A stretch of DNA of 64,000 nucleotides, taken from IMG/VR virus record IMGVR_UViG_3300018719_000001. One strand, given 5' to 3'. Below the pieces are notes generated by a model that made no database searches, had not been told where the DNA came from, and saw nothing but the letters and a program-made list of their open reading frames with translations. The position numbers and the translations under genes are program-made. This document shows, piece by piece, positions 52,840 through 61,315 of the stretch; within the stretch, counting starts at the first letter, position 1; each line of letters begins with the position of its first letter. The DNA comes from a virus.

Positions 52840-53082
52840 ATGAACAAGTGGACTTTGCGTGATGAACTTATGTGGGCAGGATACAGCTTCGGAGAAGCTA
52901 CTAGGCTCATCTTGAACGGCAATGTATCAATCAACGAAGTGAAATGCAAAAAACCTAAGCAGGAAGTGATCGACGGTAACTTAATTTGGGTAGACAAAAG
53001 AAACAAGGTCATTCGACTGACAAATGGAAGAAAGGTTAAACCCAAGTCCCAACATGAGTCTTGGGTTTCAAGATACATCTAA
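52840..53082 (+). CDS. S4-like RNA-binding-domain protein (tentative)
   Basis: AAAGGGAG SD; LILNGNVSINEVKCKKPKQEVIDGNLI resembles the S4 alpha-L motif. Confidence 0.4.
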   Translation: MNKWTLRDELMWAGYSFGEATRLILNGNVSINEVKCKKPKQEVIDGNLIWVDKRNKVIRLTNGRKVKPKSQHESWVSRYI

Positions 53083-53084
53083 GG

Positions 53085-53447
53085 ATGAAACGGAAAATTA
53101 ATTTATATCTGGACGATCTTCGAGATTGTCCGCAAGGGTTTGTGGTTGCTAGGAATATCGAAGATGCAATTCGAATATTAAAAGAGTACGAAGTTGACAT
53201 TCTGACACTTGACCATGACTTAGGAGAGGACGAAAACGGAAACCTTCTACCCTCTGGCTATGATCTCGTGAAATACATGTGCGAAAACGGGCTTCGTGCC
53301 AACAAAATCTACATGCATACCGATAATAGTGTAGGTCGTGAAAATATGTATCAAACGTTGCTTGGGGCGCAAAGAAGAGGTTTTATTGATGAAGATATTG
53401 AAATTTATTATTATCCCATCACTAAAAACGTTTACACTGGCTACTGA
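53085..53447 (+). CDS. cyclic-phosphate-processing receiver-like domain protein
   Basis: INLYLDDLRDCP...LTLDHDLGED...GYD...IYMHTDNSVGRENM pattern typical of this phage/bacterial family. Confidence 0.5.
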   Translation: MKRKINLYLDDLRDCPQGFVVARNIEDAIRILKEYEVDILTLDHDLGEDENGNLLPSGYDLVKYMCENGLRANKIYMHTDNSVGRENMYQTLLGAQRRGFIDEDIEIYYYPITKNVYTGY

Positions 53448-53476
53448 TTCGGAAGAAATGAAGGTAATAAAGTTTT

Positions 53477-53527
53477 AACAAATAACGGATATTGTCAATT
53501 GACAATATCCGTTATTTGTTATATACT
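53477..53527 (+). promoter_or_regulatory. fused terminator-promoter palindrome
   Basis: Perfect 20-bp arms AACAAATAACGGATATTGTC-AATT-GACAATATCCGTTATTTGTT; TTGACA (53499) spans the centre, 17 bp to TATACT (53522). Confidence 0.7.
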
Positions 53528-53559
53528 AGAACTATCAACTTAAAAAGGGGGTGAGTTAA

Positions 53560-53736
53560 ATGAAATTTTACAAATCTGATAGAGACGGCAAAATATATGT
53601 TAAGTATGATGGCGAATGGTATGTCAGAGGTGACAACAACATCTGGCATCAAACACTTCTGCCATCTAGCATTGTCGCATTAGAAGATGACGAAGATTTT
53701 AAAGCTGATTTTGAAAAATTCATTTATTCTAATTAA
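53560..53736 (+). CDS. hypothetical 58-aa protein
   Basis: Own translation; AAAGGGGGTG SD. Confidence 0.45.
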   Translation: MKFYKSDRDGKIYVKYDGEWYVRGDNNIWHQTLLPSSIVALEDDEDFKADFEKFIYSN

Positions 53737-53759
53737 TCATGCATTTGGAGGTGAATTAA

Positions 53760-53966
53760 ATGTGGGACAAATTCTTCGATGAAGAAACGAGCGAAAAAAT
53801 AGAAGGTCTGAAACGCGCAATTGGCGACTGCTATTTCCGCATAGCTACTCATCCTGACAACGAAGAGTATCGTCAGCAACAACTAGAGATGGCGAATAAG
53901 TACGGCAAGCAGTTGCAGGATGTTATCGAAAGTTTTCTTAGGAACATAAAAACAGCAAACGACTAA
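53760..53966 (+). CDS. hypothetical early protein
   Basis: TGGAGGTG SD. Confidence 0.55.
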   Translation: MWDKFFDEETSEKIEGLKRAIGDCYFRIATHPDNEEYRQQQLEMANKYGKQLQDVIESFLRNIKTAND

Positions 53967-54018
53967 CAATAAATCCTCTCAATTGTTTGTTGACAATTGA
54001 GAGGATTTATTGTATAAT
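53967..54018 (+). promoter_or_regulatory. fused terminator-promoter palindrome
   Basis: CAATAAATCCTCTCAATTG...CAATTGAGAGGATTTATTG; TTGACA (53990) in the loop, 17 bp to TATAAT (54013). Confidence 0.7.
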
Positions 54019-54041
54019 TGAATTAGAAAGGAGGTGCAAAA

Positions 54042-54602
54042 ATGCAGAAAGTTGTATCCGAAATCTCAATTCGCGAAGTATCATTGTTCCTTGGCGATAG
54101 AATCAAAGAGATTCGTTCTGAACAGGAAAAGAGATACGCAAACAACTTTATGGCAAAAGCGATTGGCATGAACAGGGAGACATTGCGCCTAAAGCTGATC
54201 GGAGACAGAGAGTTGTATACATACGAATTGGAAAAGATCGCAAAGTTGTTTAACGTTTCCGTTGATCGAATCTTAGGTACTGACTTACAACAGAAGTACA
54301 GATTTCTTTACAACTTCATGAAAAACAACCCTCTTATTACTGTGTCTCTTGCGCAAGAGTTGGTCAGAGATGCAGTAGGAAGAACAGAACGATTGTTCGC
54401 AATGTTTAATTTGACAACATGCTACTACTTAAATAGCAACTACAATGAAGTGTCTACATGCTTCTTTGATATTCAGAAAATCGTAGGTAATGACGAACAT
54501 GCTGAATACTTAGGACACTACTACAAGGAGTTCGTCTCCTCTTTGTTTGCTGGAAACCTGAATTTCTATCAGGTTGCATTAGACATCAGTACACTTAAAT
54601 AG
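54042..54602 (+). CDS. XRE/Cro-type HTH transcription regulator with helical-repeat C-terminus
   Basis: FMAKAIGMNRETLRLKLIGDRELYTYELEKIAKLFNVSVDRILG. Confidence 0.6.
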   Translation: MQKVVSEISIREVSLFLGDRIKEIRSEQEKRYANNFMAKAIGMNRETLRLKLIGDRELYTYELEKIAKLFNVSVDRILGTDLQQKYRFLYNFMKNNPLITVSLAQELVRDAVGRTERLFAMFNLTTCYYLNSNYNEVSTCFFDIQKIVGNDEHAEYLGHYYKEFVSSLFAGNLNFYQVALDISTLK

Positions 54603-54639
54603 TAATTCATGTTCAATTACATAGAAACGGAGCGAAGAC

Positions 54640-54963
54640 ATGCCAAAAAGAACAACTCCACAATGGCACTACCCAACACCTGAAGGTTGGCACTACAATC
54701 CTACGTTCGGGGTGTTTCAAAAGTGCCACGATAAACGATTCGTCTACATTACCCGCATGATCGGATTTTACATGCTTCAAATCTACGACAGAGGACGCAC
54801 CATTGGTCACTGTGGTTTGGAAGCCAGAAGTCGAAAACGTGATTTTGACGCACTTGTAAAACTAGGAGAAGAGTGGTTGGAGAAGTATGGAGACGGAAAG
54901 CCCTATGATGTCAAGGAGGGCGAACTGTTTTCTCTGTGGAGTGGTAATTGGTATATCGACTAA
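54640..54963 (+). CDS. hypothetical early protein
   Basis: Promoter-less 37-nt gap with CAATTACATAGAAACGGAG-8-ATG. Confidence 0.6.
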   Translation: MPKRTTPQWHYPTPEGWHYNPTFGVFQKCHDKRFVYITRMIGFYMLQIYDRGRTIGHCGLEARSRKRDFDALVKLGEEWLEKYGDGKPYDVKEGELFSLWSGNWYID

Positions 54964-54995
54964 GGGGGCGATATTATGAAAGGAGGTGAATAGCT

Positions 54996-55511
54996 TTGAT
55001 CTTTTGGACTGTCCAACGCAAGCAAGCATGGGAACAGTTTCAGCTAAATGGTACGATGAGCGGCAACAGGTCTTTTATGGACGATTGGTGGGCAACTAAG
55101 TATCAATGGATGATGGAGCAAATGCGTAAGCGTATTAAAGGTTATGGTGGGAAATACCCTGTTTGGGTATGGACTGAAAGACCAGACCTAAGACAAAGTG
55201 CGCTCTTGTCGCGTGGCACGGAAGGAGTTCTTTTAAAATTGGAACTTCCTCCCGAAAAAGTTTTATTGTCAGATTTTGACGCATGGCATATCGTTCTCAA
55301 TGAAGGATATGTGGGCTTGTCTGAACAAGAATTAGACTTATACTATAATGACAAAGAAACTCCAATTACAGCACAAGAATCTTGGGAGAGAATCTTTGAC
55401 CTTCAGGCTGTAAGATGGGATTCCGAATGTGGTGAATATCAGACACAAGGAGTTGTTGAAGAAATTAAATTGTCTCAAGTATTACATGTGAAACCTTTTA
55501 TAGCTCGATAA
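54996..55511 (+). CDS. DUF3841-like protein (tentative)
   Basis: TTG start after AAAGGAGGTG; IFWTVQRKQAWEQFQLNG... N-terminus resembles that family. Confidence 0.45.
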   Translation: MIFWTVQRKQAWEQFQLNGTMSGNRSFMDDWWATKYQWMMEQMRKRIKGYGGKYPVWVWTERPDLRQSALLSRGTEGVLLKLELPPEKVLLSDFDAWHIVLNEGYVGLSEQELDLYYNDKETPITAQESWERIFDLQAVRWDSECGEYQTQGVVEEIKLSQVLHVKPFIAR

Positions 55512-55512
55512 T

Positions 55513-55563
55513 AGCAAAAACCGTGCAATTCTTGTTGACAAGTTGCACGGTTTTTGCTATTAT
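55513..55563 (+). promoter_or_regulatory. fused terminator-promoter palindrome
   Basis: AGCAAAAACCGTGCAA...TTGCACGGTTTTTGCT; TTGACA (55535) in the loop, 17 bp to TATTAT (55558). Confidence 0.7.
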
Positions 55564-55599
55564 TTAAATGCAAGATAATTACATATTGGAGGTATGAGA

Positions 55600-56007
55600 A
55601 TGCTTCAAATTGGTACAAAAGAAGATCAGATGGGTGACATTTTGTTTGGCTTCAGTCACTACAATCGCTCTTGGTTCAGAATGGACAATCACAATTGGAA
55701 AGACGAGGTGATGCTTAGGCTCTATAAATCTGACGGAAGTGTCGTTGGAGAAATGGCTATGCGTTGGTATGTTGTGGAGGGCAAGTTGTCGGCTCGATTG
55801 GAAGTCTACCATGATGCATGGCATGTATTACCACGAATCGGCAAGCTGATAGAAAAACTTGCAACGCTTCACAAAAAAGGAATTGATCCCGAAGAGTTTT
55901 GCGAATTACTGAAAGAATGCGGCTTCGAAGATTTAACATTGACCAAAAAGCCTGATTTAAGGAGGATTGAAAATGCTTTATCGAATAACCCTTACAACCA
56001 AGGATGA
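55600..56007 (+). CDS. hypothetical early protein
   Basis: ATG 55600 seven nt after TAATTACATATTGGAGG (track ATG 55594 too close to the SD). Confidence 0.55.
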   Translation: MLQIGTKEDQMGDILFGFSHYNRSWFRMDNHNWKDEVMLRLYKSDGSVVGEMAMRWYVVEGKLSARLEVYHDAWHVLPRIGKLIEKLATLHKKGIDPEEFCELLKECGFEDLTLTKKPDLRRIENALSNNPYNQG

Positions 56008-56233
56008 TGAACGGTTGGTAGTCATCAAGAAACAATTAGGGAGATATGCAACCGATGTAGCTGTATATCACGGATTCTTGGCTACGCCTGTAGCGATTTA
56101 CGATAACCACAGAGACGATCTCGACATGGGGAAATACGAAGTAACCAAACAACAGTTCGTCAGGATTTTAAAAAACGCAAGCGAACAAGGGATATTGAAC
56201 AAGGTTCCAAAGAAACAAGAAACCACCCAATAA
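55973..56233 (+). CDS. hypothetical early protein
   Basis: ATG 55973 after AAGGAGG; overlaps the upstream gene end. Confidence 0.5.
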   Translation: MLYRITLTTKDDERLVVIKKQLGRYATDVAVYHGFLATPVAIYDNHRDDLDMGKYEVTKQQFVRILKNASEQGILNKVPKKQETTQ

Positions 56234-56258
56234 TTTTGGGTGGTTTTTCAATTACCTG

Positions 56259-56287
56259 TTGACAAATTAGATGTCAGGTGCTATGAT
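56259..56287 (+). promoter_or_regulatory. early promoter
   Basis: TTGACA-17-TATGAT; TTTTTCAATTACCTG upstream. Confidence 0.6.
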
Positions 56288-56321
56288 ATATACAAGAGGT
56301 TAATCGAAAACAGGAGTGATG

Positions 56322-57005
56322 ATGATGGGTAAAGTTAATTTCAGCAGAATTATCAACAAATACGGATTCGCTGGTATGATCGCAAACATGCGCAAAGGCG
56401 TACAAGTCGCTTACAATGAAGCGGTCAAGACTGGCGATTACGATGCATTCGCAAGATTTCAAGGCATGACGGAATACACTCTAGAAGAAATGAATGCAAC
56501 CGTGAACGAGATGCGAAGAAAAGAACGGGAAGCTGGCGAAGCATATAGCATTTCCGATGAAGAACTGAAGTTGATGGACGATCTTCGGAGGGATATTCAA
56601 ACGATGGCATCTGAACTGTACAACAAAAATGAAAAATCCGTACAGATTGTACCACTTCGCAATCCTCCGAAAGAGAAGAAAAAACTGCAAGAAGGTGCTG
56701 ATCGTTGGGATGTTTCTGACGATAAAGATAGACTCAATATCATCATCAAGAAAAATGATATTGAAGTACACAAAATCAGCTACAACTTCACCAGTCAAAA
56801 GTTCATTGGTTCTGGCATTGACCCGATGAATATGCCACTACAAGTTCGCACACGTATAGAAGCGTTGGTCAAAGGGCTGATGCCCTACGCAGAGAAGTAT
56901 CAGGATAAAATGGACGCAATGAACTATGGTCGTCCGATGGGTGGCATTGGTCACGATTATCCTGATGATGATGACGATTGCCCGATTGGTGGCTTCCATC
57001 ACTAA
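56322..57005 (+). CDS. hypothetical protein (D-rich C-terminus)
   Basis: Run GTGATGATGATG after CAGGAG; exact start ambiguous (56316-56325). Confidence 0.6.
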   Translation: MMGKVNFSRIINKYGFAGMIANMRKGVQVAYNEAVKTGDYDAFARFQGMTEYTLEEMNATVNEMRRKEREAGEAYSISDEELKLMDDLRRDIQTMASELYNKNEKSVQIVPLRNPPKEKKKLQEGADRWDVSDDKDRLNIIIKKNDIEVHKISYNFTSQKFIGSGIDPMNMPLQVRTRIEALVKGLMPYAEKYQDKMDAMNYGRPMGGIGHDYPDDDDDCPIGGFHH

Positions 57006-57117
57006 CAATGTAGACGATGGGTTTAACCCCATCGTTTTTTACTAATATAATGCTTTAGTGCGGTGAAGCGTTAGTCCGATAAATTAATTTAGAATGTTTC
57101 CGATATTCATTTGCCTG

Positions 57118-57146
57118 TTGACATATTGGCTACTTATTGATATACT
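57118..57146 (+). promoter_or_regulatory. early promoter
   Basis: TTGACA-17-TATACT. Confidence 0.6.
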
Positions 57147-57176
57147 TGAAATAGAAGGCAAGTCAATATTACATAG

Positions 57177-57362
57177 GTGGTGGATAAGTTGGGAAGAGAG
57201 GTTGTGTTTTTAGGTGGTATAAGGGGAATTGTTAACCGCAACATGCGAACCGTTTGTGTTTATTGGGACAAGGGTTTGGGAATCCCATCCTCCGTGTACA
57301 CGACCGAACGGTTTGAGCAAATGCTGGAAGAAGGCAAAATCACGAAGGGCGGGATTAAGTAA
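57177..57362 (+). CDS. hypothetical early protein
   Basis: GTG 57177 or TTG 57189 after TATTACATAGGTGGTGG. Confidence 0.45.
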   Translation: MVDKLGREVVFLGGIRGIVNRNMRTVCVYWDKGLGIPSSVYTTERFEQMLEEGKITKGGIK

Positions 57363-57670
57363 TGGAATGGATTCGTGTAAACGCAAGTAAGCTATTTGTT
57401 GAGTACGATGGTTATCCCTCATGGGATCTTTTGAGTCTTGATACTCAAAAAGGCGAAGCTGTTATTCGACGAATGGACGATGTGCTAACGGTTTCAATTG
57501 CTGACACGAAATTTAGTTTAGCAATAAATGCTGATCATCTGGAAACACCAAAAATGCACGGATGTCCGTTGTGCGGTCAAATCATCACAAAACAATGGCG
57601 CGAACACTACCTGATCCCACGTGAAGAAAAACGTATGTCAAAGCACCAAGAGGAGTCTAATAAATGTTAG
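57362..57670 (+). CDS. hypothetical protein (CPLCG motif)
   Basis: TAATG overlap with the upstream stop. Confidence 0.5.
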   Translation: MEWIRVNASKLFVEYDGYPSWDLLSLDTQKGEAVIRRMDDVLTVSIADTKFSLAINADHLETPKMHGCPLCGQIITKQWREHYLIPREEKRMSKHQEESNKC

Positions 57671-57927
57671 GTAGACTCATTCGTCCTGCTGGATTATCTG
57701 AGCTTGAATGGAAGGTGCGTCAGGCAAGACAAAGGTACGCTGGAAAGACGATAGCCGTAATCACTAAAGCTGATGGTCTTTCACAGTTAAAATTCATTGC
57801 CAAGTTGAAGGTAAATGAAATTGAAGCAGATCAACACCTTAAAGAAGTATTGGTTCGCGTGTCACCCGTGGTTGGCATTGGTGAACAGGCGATCAAGCTA
57901 TCTGACTTCGAACGAATGATGCTATAA
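57664..57927 (+). CDS. hypothetical early protein
   Basis: Overlaps the upstream stop; followed by a 20-bp-arm terminator. Confidence 0.5.
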   Translation: MLGRLIRPAGLSELEWKVRQARQRYAGKTIAVITKADGLSQLKFIAKLKVNEIEADQHLKEVLVRVSPVVGIGEQAIKLSDFERMML

Positions 57928-57966
57928 ACTAAAGCCCTAGCAAATATTTGCTAGGGCTTTAGTTTA
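57927..57966 (+). terminator. terminator, perfect 20+20 palindrome
   Basis: AAACTAAAGCCCTAGCAAAT|ATTTGCTAGGGCTTTAGTTT. Confidence 0.75.
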
Positions 57967-57990
57967 TAGTGTGTATTTAAATAAGACAAA

Positions 57991-58035
57991 TAGCAAACAT
58001 CCCAACTTTAGAGATGTTTGCTATTTGTCAAATAA
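57991..58035. repeat. 17-bp-arm inverted repeat of unknown role
   Basis: GACAAATAGCAAACATC...GATGTTTGCTATTTGTC; no T-run on the + strand. Confidence 0.5.
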
Positions 58036-58330
58036 TTATGAACTTGACAGAGAGCCTATCTATTTAGTTCGATACCTCTCCACAGAAGCCCCCGCGCTCT
58101 GTTCCGTACTGGTCGCTGTCCAAGCGGCTCTCTGTCAAAGAGTAGGTGAGAAGTGGATAAAGCAAAGGGACACAACCCACCCGCTCAGTATCAGGTCGCA
58201 CAGGGGAATACTGTCTGCTTTTTTATCGCAACAGCATTGTACGTCCCTGACAACTATTATAATACTATAAAAATTAATGTATGTCAATAGGTTTGCCAAT
58301 GTTTTAATTTTCTGACTATTCAATTGCATG

Positions 58331-58359
58331 TTGCTTATTAGTGTGTATTGAGGTATAAT
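58331..58359 (+). promoter_or_regulatory. early promoter
   Basis: TTGCTT-17-TATAAT; TATTCAATTGCATG upstream. Confidence 0.5.
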
Positions 58360-58394
58360 GAAAACAAGGCGAACAAAGGGGAGCGAACAATAAA

Positions 58395-58751
58395 ATGAAT
58401 AGATGGCATTCAATTAAATTCTCATGTGGTCATGAAAGCACATTTATAAATCTCGATGTTGTCAACAAGTGGGAACACAGATTTGTAAATGGACAAACGC
58501 TTTGCTATAATTGTCGAATCGAAAACAATAGAATCCAAGTGTTAGAACAAGACATCTATCTAGTTGTCGAACAATACGCAACACAACGCATTCACTTGAG
58601 TTGTAGTTTGAAAGACAATGAAGAAATTAGAAAGAAAGGGGATTTCGCTTACTATCTCAATCATGATAAAGGTACGAGCATAGTCCCTTATCATTGGTTA
58701 GTAAATGAAGCATTAAGATTTAAGAAATTATTACATAGGAGGAATGATTAA
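58395..58751 (+). CDS. hypothetical protein (CGHE...CYNC zinc motif)
   Basis: 118-aa ORF; GGGGAG SD. Confidence 0.55.
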   Translation: MNRWHSIKFSCGHESTFINLDVVNKWEHRFVNGQTLCYNCRIENNRIQVLEQDIYLVVEQYATQRIHLSCSLKDNEEIRKKGDFAYYLNHDKGTSIVPYHWLVNEALRFKKLLHRRND

Positions 58752-58753
58752 AG

Positions 58754-58849
58754 ATGAAATTTGGAGAAGATTTCGTAATGGAAGATGGAAATATTTTGTT
58801 GGTGGAAAAAAGAAGTGAATTTTGGGAAAACTGGATTCCGAAAAGATAA
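58754..58849 (+). CDS. candidate 31-aa protein
   Basis: Own translation; TATTACATAGGAGG-11-ATG. Confidence 0.35.
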   Translation: MKFGEDFVMEDGNILLVEKRSEFWENWIPKR

Positions 58850-58882
58850 AGCAGAAACAATACAAACAAAATCAGGATTAAG

Positions 58883-58915
58883 AAGATAGGTATTATAAGT
58901 ACCTATCTTTTTTAT
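58883..58915 (+). terminator. rho-independent terminator
   Basis: AAGATAGGTA...TACCTATCTT + TTTTT. Confidence 0.75.
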
Positions 58916-59008
58916 TTCATTTCCTATTAAATAGATTGTTATTTCGATTTATCCATTTTTATATTAGATGAAATAACAGTTTTATCTATACGAATGTTCA
59001 ACACAGTG

Positions 59009-59037
59009 TTGACACTAGTTAGAGTTGGTGTTATACT
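59009..59037 (+). promoter_or_regulatory. early promoter
   Basis: TTGACA-17-TATACT; TTCAACACAGTG upstream. Confidence 0.6.
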
Positions 59038-59077
59038 GTATATAGAAGGTAAGAATTATGAAAAGGAGGATAAATGG

Positions 59078-59665
59078 ATGTATAGCAACAAACAACTTGA
59101 ACAGGCGACACATAAGATGGGACAGACTGGAATTTCCATCTTGAACAGCATCTTTTGGTCTACGGCGTTGAATGGTGTTGCAACTCGCAGTCCGAATCGA
59201 AAGCTGGAACTGATGCTGAAGACTGCAATGTTCGTCGAAACTGGCGAAAGCTCTATTGAAGTTCAACGTTTTGAAAAATGGTTTTATAATGGGGTAGCTC
59301 CGCAACGCGTTTGCGATGCCATGCTGAAAATTACCGACTACCTATCCCAAGTGTTTCCGACTCCATGCAAAATACGTGCGCTCGACATCGTGCCGCTTTA
59401 TATGACGGCAAGCAAAGCGATCTATCACGGCATTTCTGCTGATGCTTTTCGTAGCATCGTAACGGAATTTTTGTCGTTCAAACGTAGTGTTTCGGCTAAG
59501 GTTTCAAAAATGCCAAACAAAGATATCTTGCAATCGTACTGGATTAATTACACTGAAGCCAGCAAGCAAGGTACGAACCGACAAGAGAAAGTTGACGCTC
59601 GAATCATTGCCATGTGGCAATTCCTCTTCAATGTGTATAAACATATGGAAGATTGGCGAAAATAG
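59078..59665 (+). CDS. hypothetical early protein
   Basis: ATG 59078 after AAAAGGAGGA; track start lies in the promoter. Confidence 0.6.
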   Translation: MYSNKQLEQATHKMGQTGISILNSIFWSTALNGVATRSPNRKLELMLKTAMFVETGESSIEVQRFEKWFYNGVAPQRVCDAMLKITDYLSQVFPTPCKIRALDIVPLYMTASKAIYHGISADAFRSIVTEFLSFKRSVSAKVSKMPNKDILQSYWINYTEASKQGTNRQEKVDARIIAMWQFLFNVYKHMEDWRK

Positions 59666-59678
59666 TTTCAACAGGGTG

Positions 59679-59707
59679 TTGACGAATGCGTCTCGCCATG
59701 ATATACT
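59679..59707 (+). promoter_or_regulatory. early promoter
   Basis: TTGACG-17-TATACT; TTTCAACAGGGTG upstream. Confidence 0.55.
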
Positions 59708-59753
59708 GTAAACAGAAAGCAGGAATTACATAAGAAAAGGAGAGTGGACAAAA

Positions 59754-60761
59754 GTGGGTGAAATGTCTCCCCGAAAGCAAGAGTTGCTAATCGTAACCGA
59801 TAATTCGCGGTTGACACAAGTCGAAAACGATGGTAATATGGAATCAACCAATAAATCCCAACAAGGAGGTATTCAAATGGATACTGCAAAAGGAACGGAA
59901 ATTGTAAACGAAGAAACCGAAACGAAAGAAGGTGCTGAACCGCTAGTTGATGCAATCAACGAACCTCATATCGAAAACAACGAACCGAATGACGATGATG
60001 CACCTGTTATGATGGAGAAGTTCGGAATCGAGGAGGAGGAGTTGGAACAGGTAAAAGTGAAACTACCGGAAATCCCCGATTGCGGTATCTGTCTTATCCC
60101 GAAAGAAGATGCTGTTGTTCGCTCCGCAGTCGATATTAAACATTTCCCCCATTGGGAAGGAAAGCTGGTTTGCGACGAGTGTCGCCAGAAGGCACATCTC
60201 GAACAGGCGCGAGAAGCCAACAAGCAGAAAGCAGAAGATATGGCGGCATCCGATGCGGAACAGTACGCCAAAGGTATGCGTTGGCGCTACGAATACCGTC
60301 TCGTTTCGGAAGACGGCACAGAAGACCAAACCGTCATTCAGTACAACAAGGTAAAGCTCCAAAAAAAGCAAGTCAAACAGCACTGCGACCGCTTGGTGAA
60401 AATTCACAAAGAATCTGGATTCGTTGCGGCTGAAATGAAACAGGAAGTTAAACTTTCTGCACCGCCGAAAAAGGATGTCTCCAAACCAACTGACGAAAAC
60501 AACAAGCTACCCGTTTCTTCATCTCGTCAAGCGAAACCATACGTGCCGAACAAAGAGGAAGACGAGCGCAAGCGCTCTATGGGTTATCCGCACAAGTATG
60601 TCTTCAAAATCGACAACATCTACAAAGATCAATATGCGGCAACTGTTCTGAAAGAAACGACTATCCAGACGCTGAAGAAATCCTATGCGCGTATCTATAA
60701 AGCGCAAAACGAAATCACTGTGGAATACTTCGACCTGAATAAAGAGGAAGTTACGGCGTAA
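59754..60761 (+). CDS. hypothetical protein (acidic N-terminal half, CGIC...CDEC zinc motif)
   Basis: GTG 59754 nine nt after GAATTACATAAGAAAAGGAGAG. Confidence 0.6.
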   Translation: MGEMSPRKQELLIVTDNSRLTQVENDGNMESTNKSQQGGIQMDTAKGTEIVNEETETKEGAEPLVDAINEPHIENNEPNDDDAPVMMEKFGIEEEELEQVKVKLPEIPDCGICLIPKEDAVVRSAVDIKHFPHWEGKLVCDECRQKAHLEQAREANKQKAEDMAASDAEQYAKGMRWRYEYRLVSEDGTEDQTVIQYNKVKLQKKQVKQHCDRLVKIHKESGFVAAEMKQEVKLSAPPKKDVSKPTDENNKLPVSSSRQAKPYVPNKEEDERKRSMGYPHKYVFKIDNIYKDQYAATVLKETTIQTLKKSYARIYKAQNEITVEYFDLNKEEVTA

Positions 60762-60769
60762 GCAGATTG

Positions 60770-60791
60770 CGGGGATCATCCCCGTTTTTTG
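60770..60791 (+). terminator. rho-independent terminator
   Basis: CGGGGA-TCA-TCCCCG + TTTTTT. Confidence 0.75.
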
Positions 60792-60865
60792 CTTATGGTT
60801 TACTTTAGCGCAGTGAAGCGTCTATGTAATAAATACATTTCTTTGCAAAAACATTCAACTACCTG

Positions 60866-60894
60866 TTGACATTTTGCCCTCATTTTGGTAAGAT
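60866..60894 (+). promoter_or_regulatory. early promoter
   Basis: TTGACA-17-TAAGAT. Confidence 0.55.
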
Positions 60895-60949
60895 GTAGTC
60901 ATAGGGCAGTTACATAGTCCAAAACAAAAGCGATAGGTGGTGACAAAGC

Positions 60950-61210
60950 ATGAATATTCCGACAATCGAAGAACCGACTTTCGGAGATGACGTGTTTTTC
61001 GGACTTGCAAAAGCATTCACGTTTTTGCACAACGAAAAGAAAGTGGTCATCTCTGAAACAGAATACGGTGAACACTGGATGAAAATCGCTAACACCGTAT
61101 TACATGCCCTCAATAATCAGTTGTTCGAATACATGTTCAATGGGTACAGCGTCCAAGTGCGCAACTGCGAATGGGCAACATCTGTACAATTAGAACCAAA
61201 ATTCGATTAG
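60950..61210 (+). CDS. hypothetical early protein
   Basis: Variant box AGTTACATA, SD TAGGTGGTG. Confidence 0.55.
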   Translation: MNIPTIEEPTFGDDVFFGLAKAFTFLHNEKKVVISETEYGEHWMKIANTVLHALNNQLFEYMFNGYSVQVRNCEWATSVQLEPKFD

Positions 61211-61286
61211 AGGAGCGTATAGAATCCCCTAAAATGGTCAACAATGATACTACCAAAGAAAAACACGAATCAATCGTAAAAAGTTA

Positions 61287-61315
61287 TTGACTGTTACATC
61301 TGAACATGCTACAAT
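61287..61315 (+). promoter_or_regulatory. early promoter
   Basis: TTGACT-17-TACAAT. Confidence 0.55.

Noticed and set aside
41084-57140. The CGTTAG inside the GAAGCGTTAGTC repeats resembles the SPO1 late-promoter -35 element (CGTTAGA).
   Set aside because: No GATATT-like -10 lies at an appropriate spacing; the nearest is about 26 nt away at 57102. Most repeat copies also read CGTCTA instead.
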